IMG/VR virus record: IMGVR_UViG_3300037805_000525
Span: 1 to 64,000 of that record
DNA: 64,000 nt
Reading direction: 5' to 3' (one strand)
DNA from: a virus
In this document: piece by piece, positions 1-9,140 of the stretch
How positions within the stretch are numbered: the stretch's first letter is position 1
Layout of the letters: each line of letters opens with the position of its first letter
The notes under the pieces: model-generated
What the model was told of the DNA's origin: nothing
Database searches by the model: none
What the model saw: the letters and a program-made list of their open reading frames with translations, nothing else
Made by a program: the position numbers and the translations under genes

Positions 1-1731
1 GTACGCCCCCTGCTTCAGGGGTGAACGCGAAGTGATCGGCTGGGTGGTGACTGCTCGGGCAGAGGTGCCGGAAAGCGTACCTGACGCAATAGTCGCGGTG
101 ACCGTGTGCGCCTCCTGTGCGCTGAGCACGTTCTCCTGGTCGGACACATCGACACTGAAGTCGTAGTGCAACCACTTCCGGTGAATCACTGGCGAGGCTT
201 CCTGGATGAACTGCGCGGCATCCAGCTGCCATGCCTGCAGCAGCTCGGCGCCGATGACCTGTGCGGCCGCTGACCAGAACTCGGTGACGGGCTCCTTGTC
301 GCCAACGATGTCCCAGAAATCACCGATGTACTTGAAGATGTAGTCGGTGTTCGGGACCCCGCCGAGCAGCTGGTCTGACTTGGCGGCCAGGTATGTTGCC
401 GTCTGCGTGGTGCTCCACAAGTAGCCGTTGTACACGCGAAGCTGCAGCACGTACATCCCGGGCGTTTGTACGAGCAGCACGGGCGACTGCGTGGTCGACG
501 CGGCGCCTCCGCCAAGCGTGTACGTCGCCACGGTAGGTGTGCCGGACAGATCGGTGGTCGCGTCCACGTTCGTTGCGATGAACAGGTTCGTGATGTCGTA
601 GTCTCCGCCTGCCGCGGCCGGGGACTCAAACGCGGCGAGTACTTCGGCTGACGTGATGGAGACGGCACCTGCGCCGTCCACCGGCAGCGCGAACGTGACT
701 CGCTTGCCCGACAGGTCTACCTCGGAGGTGAGTACGCCACCGACGCGCGACTGCTTCACAAACACGAGCTCCCACCCGTTACCTTCTGCGCTCTGTGCGC
801 GGAGTGACACGCGGATCTCGGTATTGGTCGCGGAGGTCCCGATAACCACGTAGCTGTTCGCACCCGCGCCCATCCGGGGCAGCGCAGATCCCGCCGGTCG
901 CTGGATGACGTCCCATTCGTAGGTCAGCGGCAGGCCGATAGGATCAGCCGCCTCGGCGAAGAATCTGGGGGCCTCGTCCAGCGTCCCTGTGGCTGGCCCA
1001 ACGATCTGGCAGGTCGGCAGCAGCGTTGGTGTTCTCTGTGAGGCGGACAGGCGAATGGACTCGAACTGGGCCACAACCTCAGCGCCAGCAGGCGCGTACG
1101 TCTGTATGTCTAGGATTGAGGCCGCGACATCTGCCTGCGGGAGGACTGTCTGCGCGACGATCGACGCGGATATAAGGTCTGGTGTGGCTGCGTAACCTGC
1201 GCCGTCGTTGGAGGTGTAGACGCGCAGCGTTGAGGACGCTGCGTCGAAGACCGTGCGTATCGTGGTCGTCTCACGCGCAGCGCCGCTGTCCCCGAACAAC
1301 GCTGGGCGAGTACCTGGGATTATGCGCGGCGCCGGATCGTTGATCCCGTCGGCAATCGCGATGCCGTGCGTTGTGAGTAGGAGCCCCGTGCGCACCAGCC
1401 CGATCACCGAGAGTGCGACAAACGTACGCGCTTGGGCGGATATCGCTCCGAGTTCGGTGAGCATGCTCACCGTGAACTCGAGTGTGTAGTCACTTGTCAG
1501 GCCGGGTACGGGCAGGCGCAAACGCGCGAGCGCGGCGTGCGACGAATCCGCAGCAAGTGCCGCCACGGCTACGCCATCGCTTACGCCGAGAATGCCCGGC
1601 CCGACGTCTGATCCGAGCACCAGCCCGTTCACGCTGTCAGTGATCGAGGCTGCGCCGACCTCAGTCATGTCCGCGTGTCGTGGGTTCCAGTCGCCGAGCT
1701 CAAATGTGGTTGTAGTGGGGGTCGTGTACAC
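1..1731 (-). CDS. virion structural protein, probable baseplate wedge with PKD/Ig-like segment (partial, runs off left edge)
   Basis: Not in ORF track. Open frame from GTG 1731 to position 1, directly after the baseplate-J-like stop. Contains a PKD-like segment (AADPIGLPLTYEWDVIQRP...PGMYVLQLRVYNG) and a wedge-like segment (YIGDFWDIVGDKEPVTEFWSAAAQV). Confidence 0.6.
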   Translation of the reverse strand, partial: MYTTPTTTTFELGDWNPRHADMTEVGAASITDSVNGLVLGSDVGPGILGVSDGVAVAALAADSSHAALARLRLPVPGLTSDYTLEFTVSMLTELGAISAQARTFVALSVIGLVRTGLLLTTHGIAIADGINDPAPRIIPGTRPALFGDSGAARETTTIRTVFDAASSTLRVYTSNDGAGYAATPDLISASIVAQTVLPQADVAASILDIQTYAPAGAEVVAQFESIRLSASQRTPTLLPTCQIVGPATGTLDEAPRFFAEAADPIGLPLTYEWDVIQRPAGSALPRMGAGANSYVVIGTSATNTEIRVSLRAQSAEGNGWELVFVKQSRVGGVLTSEVDLSGKRVTFALPVDGAGAVSITSAEVLAAFESPAAAGGDYDITNLFIATNVDATTDLSGTPTVATYTLGGGAASTTQSPVLLVQTPGMYVLQLRVYNGYLWSTTQTATYLAAKSDQLLGGVPNTDYIFKYIGDFWDIVGDKEPVTEFWSAAAQVIGAELLQAWQLDAAQFIQEASPVIHRKWLHYDFSVDVSDQENVLSAQEAHTVTATIASGTLSGTSARAVTTQPITSRSPLKQGAY

Positions 1732-1735
1732 AGAC

Positions 1736-4700
1736 TTACTCCGCGGCCTCGATGGTAACCATGCTCATATCAGCGACCGTAACATGGGTACCGCTGTCGA
1801 GGAGGAGCCGACTCTCCGTGCGGAAAAGGCTCAGCCTACGGTCGCGGCCCATGATGAGGAACCCGGCGCGCATCGGCAGCGTGGCGTAAGTCACACCGAT
1901 GTTGGCTAGGGCACGAAGTAGGTCGAACACCTCAAACACGCGGCTCGGGTACACGGTCTTCATGTACTCGGCCGTTGCGAGTCGAATGGCGTCTAGCGAG
2001 GCGGTACCTGCCACCTTGAGCGTAACTGCCGGGTACGCTGGCGCGAAATGCTTGACCAGCACGTTATGGCAGATCGCCCGCGTGTCTTCCCGAAGAAGGA
2101 ACTCTTGTACGTCCCCGACCTCCGCGCAGGTCTCAACCTGCGCAGATAGCGTGCTATCGGACAAGACGATGGCCGGCTGCAGCGACCGTGCCCCTGGCAG
2201 CAAGAGTGTGGGCGTGACGCTGACGGCGAAATCCTCCAAGACGGAAAGCGCATAAGAGTCCTCCGCCTGTACGTAGTCGTACCCGAGCGTTGTGTAGCCC
2301 GCGATGGTCATGGCCTCGAAGCCGCCCAGGTTCCCGTCCTGTGGGTCCTGGGAGACGATCTTCACGTTCGCGTAGAAGAATGCGCCGTCCGCAATCATCT
2401 GGTCCGGGTACACGACCTGGGCGGCAGCCCGGTTGACCTCGACGGAGTAGCGCGCGCCGTTCCCCCAGGTACGCTCGGGCAAGACGATGTAGGAGGTATC
2501 AGTGACGGAATCGTAGTCAAGCGACGCCACCGTGTACGTCTTAAAGTATGTCGACAGACCAGGCTTGTTGTTGGTGATCGCCAGGGATCCGTTGAACCCG
2601 AGCGTGTCCAGGATCCCGGGAGTACCCGCGTCTGCGACGTACACATGCTGCGCGCTGTGGATGCGCAGGCGATCTGCGTCCACGTCGGCTAGCATGTACG
2701 CTCCGAGCTGCGCGTTGATAGCCGACGCGACCTCGTCAAATCCGACCACACCAACGTCCTGGAAGGTCACGGCGAATTGTGCGTCGTCCACCGAGAACAC
2801 AAGGCGCTGTCCGGTGATCGAGAACGCAGGCGACACATTCACCTCGGTGAGTATGTCCGTCGACACCACCACCAGCTCGTCGCCTGCCCGAATGCCTGCG
2901 GCGAACAGGTTGAAGTCGAACGCGAGCCGTGCACCAACCAGGGCGCCTTCCAGCTCCGACACGCACGACGGCGTACTGTCCGCGCTGGAGAAGATCTCGG
3001 CCTCCTCATCCTGCGACGGGCGGAACGTGCGCGAGGCGCCGTCCGCGCTGTCTGCGGTAAGAACCGTGGTCTGATCCACGTACAGGTACGTACGGTCCTT
3101 GAAGTACACCTTCGCGGTTGCGAGTGCTGGGCGACCGACCGTGAAGCCTACGCCAGACACGTTCGTCGAGCCGACAACGCGATCTAGCGTGAGTGTGGAC
3201 GCCGTCAAGGAGGCCACATAGAAGTGCCGAAGGCCCGCGTCCTGCAGATCGAGTCGCACGGCATCGTTAACGCGTACGCCCTCCACAGCCCAGTCGAACC
3301 CGCCGGCGGTTACTGTAAGCGTCGCGGGGCCCACTGCGTCACACGCCAGTGTGGCATTTTGGCCGACGAGGTCATCCGTTACGGGGTCATCGTTGAAGGA
3401 GGACACCACGGGCGGCGCCACCTCAAGCGGGTGCCTGTAAGGCACGGGAAGTGTCCCGTCAGTGGTCGCTACCTCGAGTGACCGCAGTCGAGTCGCCACA
3501 CCCGTGTACACTTCGGAATCCTGCACGAAGAAGACTCGGTACGCGGCAGCGGCGACACTTGCCAAGATCGGCTCAGTCAGCGTGAGCGTGAATGCACCTT
3601 TGGCACTCACGCGGTACACGCCTTTCGCAGCACCCTCAGTGATCTCCATGTACACGACGTAACTGCTGGGGTCGGCAGTGAACACAATCCCGGTGGGGAC
3701 ACGTACGGTGTACGTACCTGCCGTAGTGATCATGTTCTCGCCGTGCTGTACGAGTACCTTCGGTTCCGCGACACCTGTGGTCGCTGAGCGCACAAGCTGC
3801 CAGCGCAGCCCGACCACCGGGCCAGACAGCCCGTCGAACGTACCTGCGATCTTCACGCCACCTGCGACGTTGTTCAGTGGGCGGAAGGAGGTAATCGACA
3901 GCACACTCGGTGGCTCGAGAATGATTACTGACAGGCTAGAGCCATCTGGTAGCGCGCCAACATACTTGTACTCGCCTGAGCTTAGAGCGTGCACACCTGC
4001 GAGGTAGGACGCAAGCGCGGGGCTGAAGAACGACGAGTCGGACGCCGCCGGATCGACACGCCCATCTCCGCCTTCTGCAACGATGTCGCCCCATGCGGTG
4101 TTCTCAGGCGAGGACACGTAGGACACACCAGTAACCGGGTAGTCGCTGGCGCTGAGGTACACATCCACCAAGCCCCCCATGTGGACTTCGTTCGCGTTGA
4201 ACTGCATCCCGGCGCCGTACTGCTCCGGGAACGGGACGCTACCAGGCATGCCCGTGACGGTGAGCTCTGTCCCGGTGTCCACTGACGCATCCGAAGCGCC
4301 GTAGACCTGCAGCACCTGGTTGTAGAGGCTCGTCCCGAGCGCTGCGGCCCACGTAGGCTCGTCGATGAGCGTGTGTGGGCCGCACGGGTGTGGGAGAAGT
4401 CGACCAGACAATGCGGCTGGGTTGGGTTCCGGGGCTGCCCACCCGACACTGCTTCCGTCTGCGGCTACCTGCGTTTGTCCGCCCACAGCAGGCAGTAGCG
4501 TGGGGGCGTACACGGTCGGGCGCACCACGCCCGACTGCACTTCACGGTCGGCCCAGGTCGGGTACAGCAACTTGAGCAGGTCGGTCTTGTGCGTGAGCGA
4601 CATGTCCAAGTCAACCAGCGTGGCCGCCCAGGCGCGGCCTACTGCGGAATCTGCGCGGAGCTCTTCCGCGAAGTGCTCCTCTAGGCGTACAACAAAGGCC

Positions 4701-6979
4701 CGATGCGACGGGGCGCTCTGGTCGATGGCGGTGTTCTCTGTCGACAGCACGTCCGAGTACAGCCCGTCATCCTTGTACGTGGAGCGCCAAGGGGGCTCAA
4801 TGTCCCCGGCCGCGCCTGCCTTCGCGTACGCCGGGAGGAACTCAAAGTTGTCGTAGGACACGAACTCCGCACCATCGGGCGACACCTGGGCGCGAGTGCC
4901 GCCGTACAACGTCCACAGAAGCCTATACACGCCTCCGTGCGTAGGATCGAACGTGCCGGACGGCCAATCGAATGCGGCGGTCTCAGACGCACTCATTGTG
5001 TCCAGCGGGTATGTGGCCAGGCCTTCCACGCGCAGCGTGTGGTCGGAGGGGATCTCAACGATGCGGCCCCACGCGTGCCACAACACACTCGCGGGCTCCT
5101 GCGCTAGCGTCCCGTCGAAGTACGCACCACCAACGCCGGTAACGTCGTCGTCGACGGACACGGCAACGGAAATGTAGTCGCCTATGGACGCCCCGCGAGA
5201 CTGCCAGCTAGGTGTCGTGGGCTCGAGAGAAATCTCGGCGCGGTTCGAGTCTGTCCCGAGCCCGCCTGACCACACGACCCAGCTTGTGGGGTCCTTCAGC
5301 TGCAGAGTTGCTCCCGCGTTTCGTGTCCAGTCGGACTTCGTGACGCCATCGTAGCGTGTCACAGCCGCGGACTCGCCATAGGCTGGACTGCCGAAGCCCT
5401 TCACATCGACGCCCAGGTGGAAGCTCAGCGAGTCGTCAGTTTCTGGGTACTCGTACAGGCTGCCCACTACGCCCGTACGCTCCTGGTCCGACATGAACGC
5501 GGAGCGCCGCGCCACACGCAGGTAGTTGTCCGTGGGTGAGAGCGCCGCGATCGGATGCATACTCACCGAATCGTGGATGTCGAAGCCCGCACGCGCCTGA
5601 ATACCTGCGCTTGCGAGTACCAAGAAGTCGCGACCCTGCGCGGCTGTCGCAGGCAGCCCAGGAAGCCCTGCGTAGTTTGCGGTGTCCGTGAACGGCAGCG
5701 GTGCGCCACGGAGGTATGTCGTCCCGCTGTAGTCGGTCAGCATCGACCAATAGGTGCCCCGCGCGGGGCTCGGGTTGTACGACACGCCGCCTGCAGCGGT
5801 GTCGATCGTCCCGCCACTCGATGCGGCCAGATCGCTAGCGGGCGCTGGGTACACTGTGAAGTCTGCGAGTACGAGGACTACGTCCGTGCCGTTTGCTACG
5901 GCGCGCGTGACTCGACGCAGGCGACCGAACTCTGCGTCAGCGTAATGCCCGTTGCCGTCGACGACGCGTACATACCGCGCGTTAAGGATGGTCGCCTGTT
6001 GGTCAGCGGTGATGTCACGCACGACCAACCTGTTCGTGAACGGGAACTCTGCGCCGGCGTCCAAGCTGACTACGCGGTCGGACCTGAAGCGGCTCGTTGT
6101 CATCAGTAGGTCACCCACGCCGGCATCAGCCGAGGGGAGCTCCACGGAGAGTATGTCGCGCGTCATCTCCGGTTCTCCGAACCCGACTGCGCGCACAACC
6201 TCCACTGTGCTGAAGTACGGGAGGATGAGCGCCTCTATGCCACGTACGGTCGTTGGGCTGCGCTCGGACACCATGCGTACGGCACGGTCCAGGAAGTCCG
6301 CGTTGGACTCACGCTCTGAGCCTGCGCGAAGCTGGGAGATGTTCGTGACCTTGACCACGCCCTCGACGCCACTCACAGAAGTAAGCAGCCCAGGGGCTAC
6401 TGAGACCGAGGTGGGCTCAAGGGACCGCACCTCAATGTCGATGTAGTACAGCGCGCCACTGCGGCGAAGGTCCTCCTCGCGCACCAGTACGGCGATGTCG
6501 GGGACGTACTGCAGGCCGCGCGCAGTAGAGAATACGGTTGATTGGTCGAAGCCTACGCTGCGGGGTGTGTCGAAGAATACGCGAGCGTACCCGACGCCGT
6601 AGTTCCCTTGGTCACGCGTAACGAACAGGTTGGACAGCTTCCGGTCCACCTCGTCGTCCGACAGCGCTTCTGGGTCATCCGTGGCGTTGGCCGCGGTCAT
6701 CCGGCCGATCTCAATGCGGTACGGCTCAAGCAGCGCCATCAGCGGGTTTACAAACAAGTCTGTGAAGTTCGAGCCCGCGGTCACATCGATCTCTGGGAAG
6801 GTCTCCCGGATGCGCTCGGTGACGAACGCAGCGATGTCTACGACGCGGGCGTCGGTACCCATCCGACGAATCATGGGGTCGATGACGACGGTGTGCATCC
6901 GCGCGCCAGGTGAGGTGCTCAGCGTTGGATCCAACACACTCAACCGAGTGGTCAGGAAGTCGCGGATGTCGTCGTACAT
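1736..6979 (-). CDS. giant baseplate J-like / baseplate wedge protein (1747 aa)
   Basis: N-terminal ~270 aa has baseplate-J hallmarks (GSNFTDLFVNP, LSNLFVTR..G..G.GYARVFF, GSERESNADFLDRA..SERSPTTVRGIEA), followed by a long beta-rich region. Confidence 0.75.
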   Translation of the reverse strand: MYDDIRDFLTTRLSVLDPTLSTSPGARMHTVVIDPMIRRMGTDARVVDIAAFVTERIRETFPEIDVTAGSNFTDLFVNPLMALLEPYRIEIGRMTAANATDDPEALSDDEVDRKLSNLFVTRDQGNYGVGYARVFFDTPRSVGFDQSTVFSTARGLQYVPDIAVLVREEDLRRSGALYYIDIEVRSLEPTSVSVAPGLLTSVSGVEGVVKVTNISQLRAGSERESNADFLDRAVRMVSERSPTTVRGIEALILPYFSTVEVVRAVGFGEPEMTRDILSVELPSADAGVGDLLMTTSRFRSDRVVSLDAGAEFPFTNRLVVRDITADQQATILNARYVRVVDGNGHYADAEFGRLRRVTRAVANGTDVVLVLADFTVYPAPASDLAASSGGTIDTAAGGVSYNPSPARGTYWSMLTDYSGTTYLRGAPLPFTDTANYAGLPGLPATAAQGRDFLVLASAGIQARAGFDIHDSVSMHPIAALSPTDNYLRVARRSAFMSDQERTGVVGSLYEYPETDDSLSFHLGVDVKGFGSPAYGESAAVTRYDGVTKSDWTRNAGATLQLKDPTSWVVWSGGLGTDSNRAEISLEPTTPSWQSRGASIGDYISVAVSVDDDVTGVGGAYFDGTLAQEPASVLWHAWGRIVEIPSDHTLRVEGLATYPLDTMSASETAAFDWPSGTFDPTHGGVYRLLWTLYGGTRAQVSPDGAEFVSYDNFEFLPAYAKAGAAGDIEPPWRSTYKDDGLYSDVLSTENTAIDQSAPSHRAFVVRLEEHFAEELRADSAVGRAWAATLVDLDMSLTHKTDLLKLLYPTWADREVQSGVVRPTVYAPTLLPAVGGQTQVAADGSSVGWAAPEPNPAALSGRLLPHPCGPHTLIDEPTWAAALGTSLYNQVLQVYGASDASVDTGTELTVTGMPGSVPFPEQYGAGMQFNANEVHMGGLVDVYLSASDYPVTGVSYVSSPENTAWGDIVAEGGDGRVDPAASDSSFFSPALASYLAGVHALSSGEYKYVGALPDGSSLSVIILEPPSVLSITSFRPLNNVAGGVKIAGTFDGLSGPVVGLRWQLVRSATTGVAEPKVLVQHGENMITTAGTYTVRVPTGIVFTADPSSYVVYMEITEGAAKGVYRVSAKGAFTLTLTEPILASVAAAAYRVFFVQDSEVYTGVATRLRSLEVATTDGTLPVPYRHPLEVAPPVVSSFNDDPVTDDLVGQNATLACDAVGPATLTVTAGGFDWAVEGVRVNDAVRLDLQDAGLRHFYVASLTASTLTLDRVVGSTNVSGVGFTVGRPALATAKVYFKDRTYLYVDQTTVLTADSADGASRTFRPSQDEEAEIFSSADSTPSCVSELEGALVGARLAFDFNLFAAGIRAGDELVVVSTDILTEVNVSPAFSITGQRLVFSVDDAQFAVTFQDVGVVGFDEVASAINAQLGAYMLADVDADRLRIHSAQHVYVADAGTPGILDTLGFNGSLAITNNKPGLSTYFKTYTVASLDYDSVTDTSYIVLPERTWGNGARYSVEVNRAAAQVVYPDQMIADGAFFYANVKIVSQDPQDGNLGGFEAMTIAGYTTLGYDYVQAEDSYALSVLEDFAVSVTPTLLLPGARSLQPAIVLSDSTLSAQVETCAEVGDVQEFLLREDTRAICHNVLVKHFAPAYPAVTLKVAGTASLDAIRLATAEYMKTVYPSRVFEVFDLLRALANIGVTYATLPMRAGFLIMGRDRRLSLFRTESRLLLDSGTHVTVADMSMVTIEAAE

Positions 6980-7034
6980 GTGCTGCCTCGGAATGGTTCC
7001 AAGGCATTATACTCCGCGACGGGCGTCTCCGGAC

Positions 7035-7355
7035 TTACTCTCCGGTGGAAAGGGACTGCACGTAGTTGCTGGGCAGTCGCTTCTCTCGGGCAGGTCGTAG
7101 GGCGGCGGTGCGTGCCTGGAAGGCGTCCGACACCGCGCGCATCTTCTCGCCGTGCGTGATGATCGTGTCGTCGGCGAACACGAGGCCGCCCTCTGTGTCG
7201 TCATCCTGTGTGACGCGGAGGTACGGGCGAGACTCCGGGTCATTCGGTGCGATGATCTCCAGCGAGTACCCCGCTGGGTGCAGGAGGATTCGGTTCGCCT
7301 CCACGAGGATTCCGGCTTTCCGAATCTGGTCGAGCGTCATTTCTTGGCGGGCCAT
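7035..7355 (-). CDS. conserved phage hypothetical protein (E.NR..LHP.GY.L motif)
   Basis: ORF with AGGAG RBS; paralogous to a domain in 21102..22442. Confidence 0.75.
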   Translation of the reverse strand: MARQEMTLDQIRKAGILVEANRILLHPAGYSLEIIAPNDPESRPYLRVTQDDDTEGGLVFADDTIITHGEKMRAVSDAFQARTAALRPAREKRLPSNYVQSLSTGE

Positions 7356-7416
7356 ATGAAAACTCCTGCGCGCGGTTACCGGCGTTTATTCGTCGGTTCG
7401 TTGTGGGAGTATACGG

Positions 7417-7701
7417 TCAATTATCACACTGTGATAATTGTTTCTTACTGCGCACCTCTCTGCGTATGGCGTCTAGGCAGTTCCGTTCTGCGTCACGCAA
7501 CATCGCCCATAGCAGCGTGAGTTCGTCCGGCTCGAGCTTGCGCGTGTAGCAATCAATCCATGGTCCGCCCAGGCTTACCTGCCCTACGACATCGCACGCG
7601 AATACGTCCGTGTCGCGCGTCCCCACCCGGTAGTGTATGCCAAACATGCACTGGCTCAGGCGGATGGACGTGAGCATCTTCGCGGATCGGGTGATAGTCA
7701 T
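7417..7701 (-). CDS. hypothetical protein
   Basis: GGGAG RBS before ATG 7701; the 3' end overlaps the palindrome. Confidence 0.45.
   Translation of the reverse strand: MTITRSAKMLTSIRLSQCMFGIHYRVGTRDTDVFACDVVGQVSLGGPWIDCYTRKLEPDELTLLWAMLRDAERNCLDAIRREVRSKKQLSQCDN
7421..7437. repeat. 17-bp palindrome copy 1 (centre ACT)
   Basis: TTATCACACTGTGATAA, extended CAA..TTG. Confidence 0.95.
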
Positions 7702-7738
7702 GTGCGCTCCCTGTGCGTGGTACACCACTCTACCGCCC

Positions 7739-7774
7739 GCAGCCACGTGCGCTTATCTGGCATAAGAGTTTTGC
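7739..7774 (+). promoter_or_regulatory. phage promoter motif
   Basis: GCAGC-N15-GGCATAAG. Confidence 0.7.
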
Positions 7775-7805
7775 GAAGCACCCACAGCTTACGCAGGAGG
7801 ATTCA

Positions 7806-8318
7806 ATGAAGACACACAAGATGTTGGACTGCGACGTCCCAGCGCCCACCAACTGCGTTCAGGCCGCGCACGCACGTGCTAAGCGCGACCCATCACTCAA
7901 AGCTGGCGTATGGACGCTGGGCATTTGTAAGCCGCTTGTTGAGCACCCATACGCCATGCGTGCGGTGATCGCGGGCTCCGGAGATCTGTACGCGGCGATT
8001 GAGGTCTACGACGACAAGTACGGCGGGTTCGCGGACTACATCGAGTACACAGGCATCGACCTGGCAATCGAGGCGTTTGAAATCGAGCCTCCCACCGCAG
8101 CGTTGTTCCTCTGGTCCGGCTGCCTGAACGGGTACAGCGCGGTCGACCGTGAAGGTAACCACGAGAGCGATACTTGGCTCACGGGCGTCTCCCGTGAGCT
8201 GACACAGGCGGAGTGGGGGCGCGCTATGCGTGGCGAACAAATCTACATCGAGCTGACGTGCGCGTTCTCATACGCTACGCCGGCCACAACATGCATCAAC
8301 TCGGAGGTACGGCTATGA
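7806..8318 (+). CDS. hypothetical protein
   Basis: AGGAGG RBS, ATG 7806, first gene after promoter motif. Confidence 0.75.
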   Translation: MKTHKMLDCDVPAPTNCVQAAHARAKRDPSLKAGVWTLGICKPLVEHPYAMRAVIAGSGDLYAAIEVYDDKYGGFADYIEYTGIDLAIEAFEIEPPTAALFLWSGCLNGYSAVDREGNHESDTWLTGVSRELTQAEWGRAMRGEQIYIELTCAFSYATPATTCINSEVRL

Positions 8319-8668
8319 GTACGGATTGGAACGGGCACCAGCAATACGAGGAGCTCCTAATGAAAGTCGTCCTCGGGGTCCTGGCCGGGGCGGTCATTGC
8401 GTTCTGCGCGTACATGTCCGCCATGGAGGGTGCCAACGAGCGCGCTGTGATCGACTGTGCGCGTGCCGCGGGCGTTACGCTGATCGACGGGCCGGTGACC
8501 GCGGACGACAGCAGCGTATGGGTTGTCGTCCGCACACCTGATGAGGACATGCAGGCGAAGGTCGACCCAACCACCTGCGCGATTCACAAGTCCGCTGGGT
8601 ACGTACGGTTCCGTGCCGCAGAGCTGCAGGCTTTTAAGCGTTCGCAGACGTCTAGTTACGACTACTGA
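8315..8668 (+). CDS. membrane-anchored hypothetical protein
   Basis: GGAGG RBS, ATGA overlap, one hydrophobic helix. Confidence 0.7.
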   Translation: MSTDWNGHQQYEELLMKVVLGVLAGAVIAFCAYMSAMEGANERAVIDCARAAGVTLIDGPVTADDSSVWVVVRTPDEDMQAKVDPTTCAIHKSAGYVRFRAAELQAFKRSQTSSYDY

Positions 8669-8732
8669 CCAACAAAGGAACTTCGATGATTAATAAACTG
8701 CATAGCCGTAACGCGCGCGTGGGGCTCAGCTG

Positions 8733-9083
8733 ATGACAACTCTCGAACGAAATGCGTTTGTCACCGCGTGCCTTGCAGCGGCGGAGGTGGCACGCAACGC
8801 CTCCGGAACTGTGGACAGCCTTGGCGTAGATATTGAGCTGCGCGACACTGAGCTGCTGGTCGTTCGCTGGAGGCGCAGGTACCCCACACACGTGGGTGTG
8901 TGCCCGCCGGATATTGCACGCGGAAATAGCGATGAGCGCGCCATGGCGCTCTACACGCACCAGCAAGTACTCGACCTCCGCCACTGCGCCCGAATGCATG
9001 GGCGTCAGCGCGAGGTGATCATTTCGTTCACCGCTGGCGTATGGAACTACCTGCAGGACTACCTGCACGATCTGGGCGCGTAA
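8733..9083 (+). CDS. hypothetical protein
   Basis: ORF in operon; TGATG-coupled to a 15-codon upstream ORF. Confidence 0.6.
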   Translation: MTTLERNAFVTACLAAAEVARNASGTVDSLGVDIELRDTELLVVRWRRRYPTHVGVCPPDIARGNSDERAMALYTHQQVLDLRHCARMHGRQREVIISFTAGVWNYLQDYLHDLGA

Positions 9084-9140
9084 TTTTCTGCGCCGCAGGT
9101 GATCCTGCCATGGCAACAACACACGACTACTTGAGGTACC

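Noticed and set aside
7421-7437. Palindrome as DnaA box, CRP site, Fur box or canonical parS
   Set aside because: The DnaA box is the 9-mer TTATCCACA; CRP is TGTGA-N6-TCACA (opposite half-site order); Fur has GATAAT before ATTATC; parS is TGTTTCACGTGAAACA. Resemblances are only partial.
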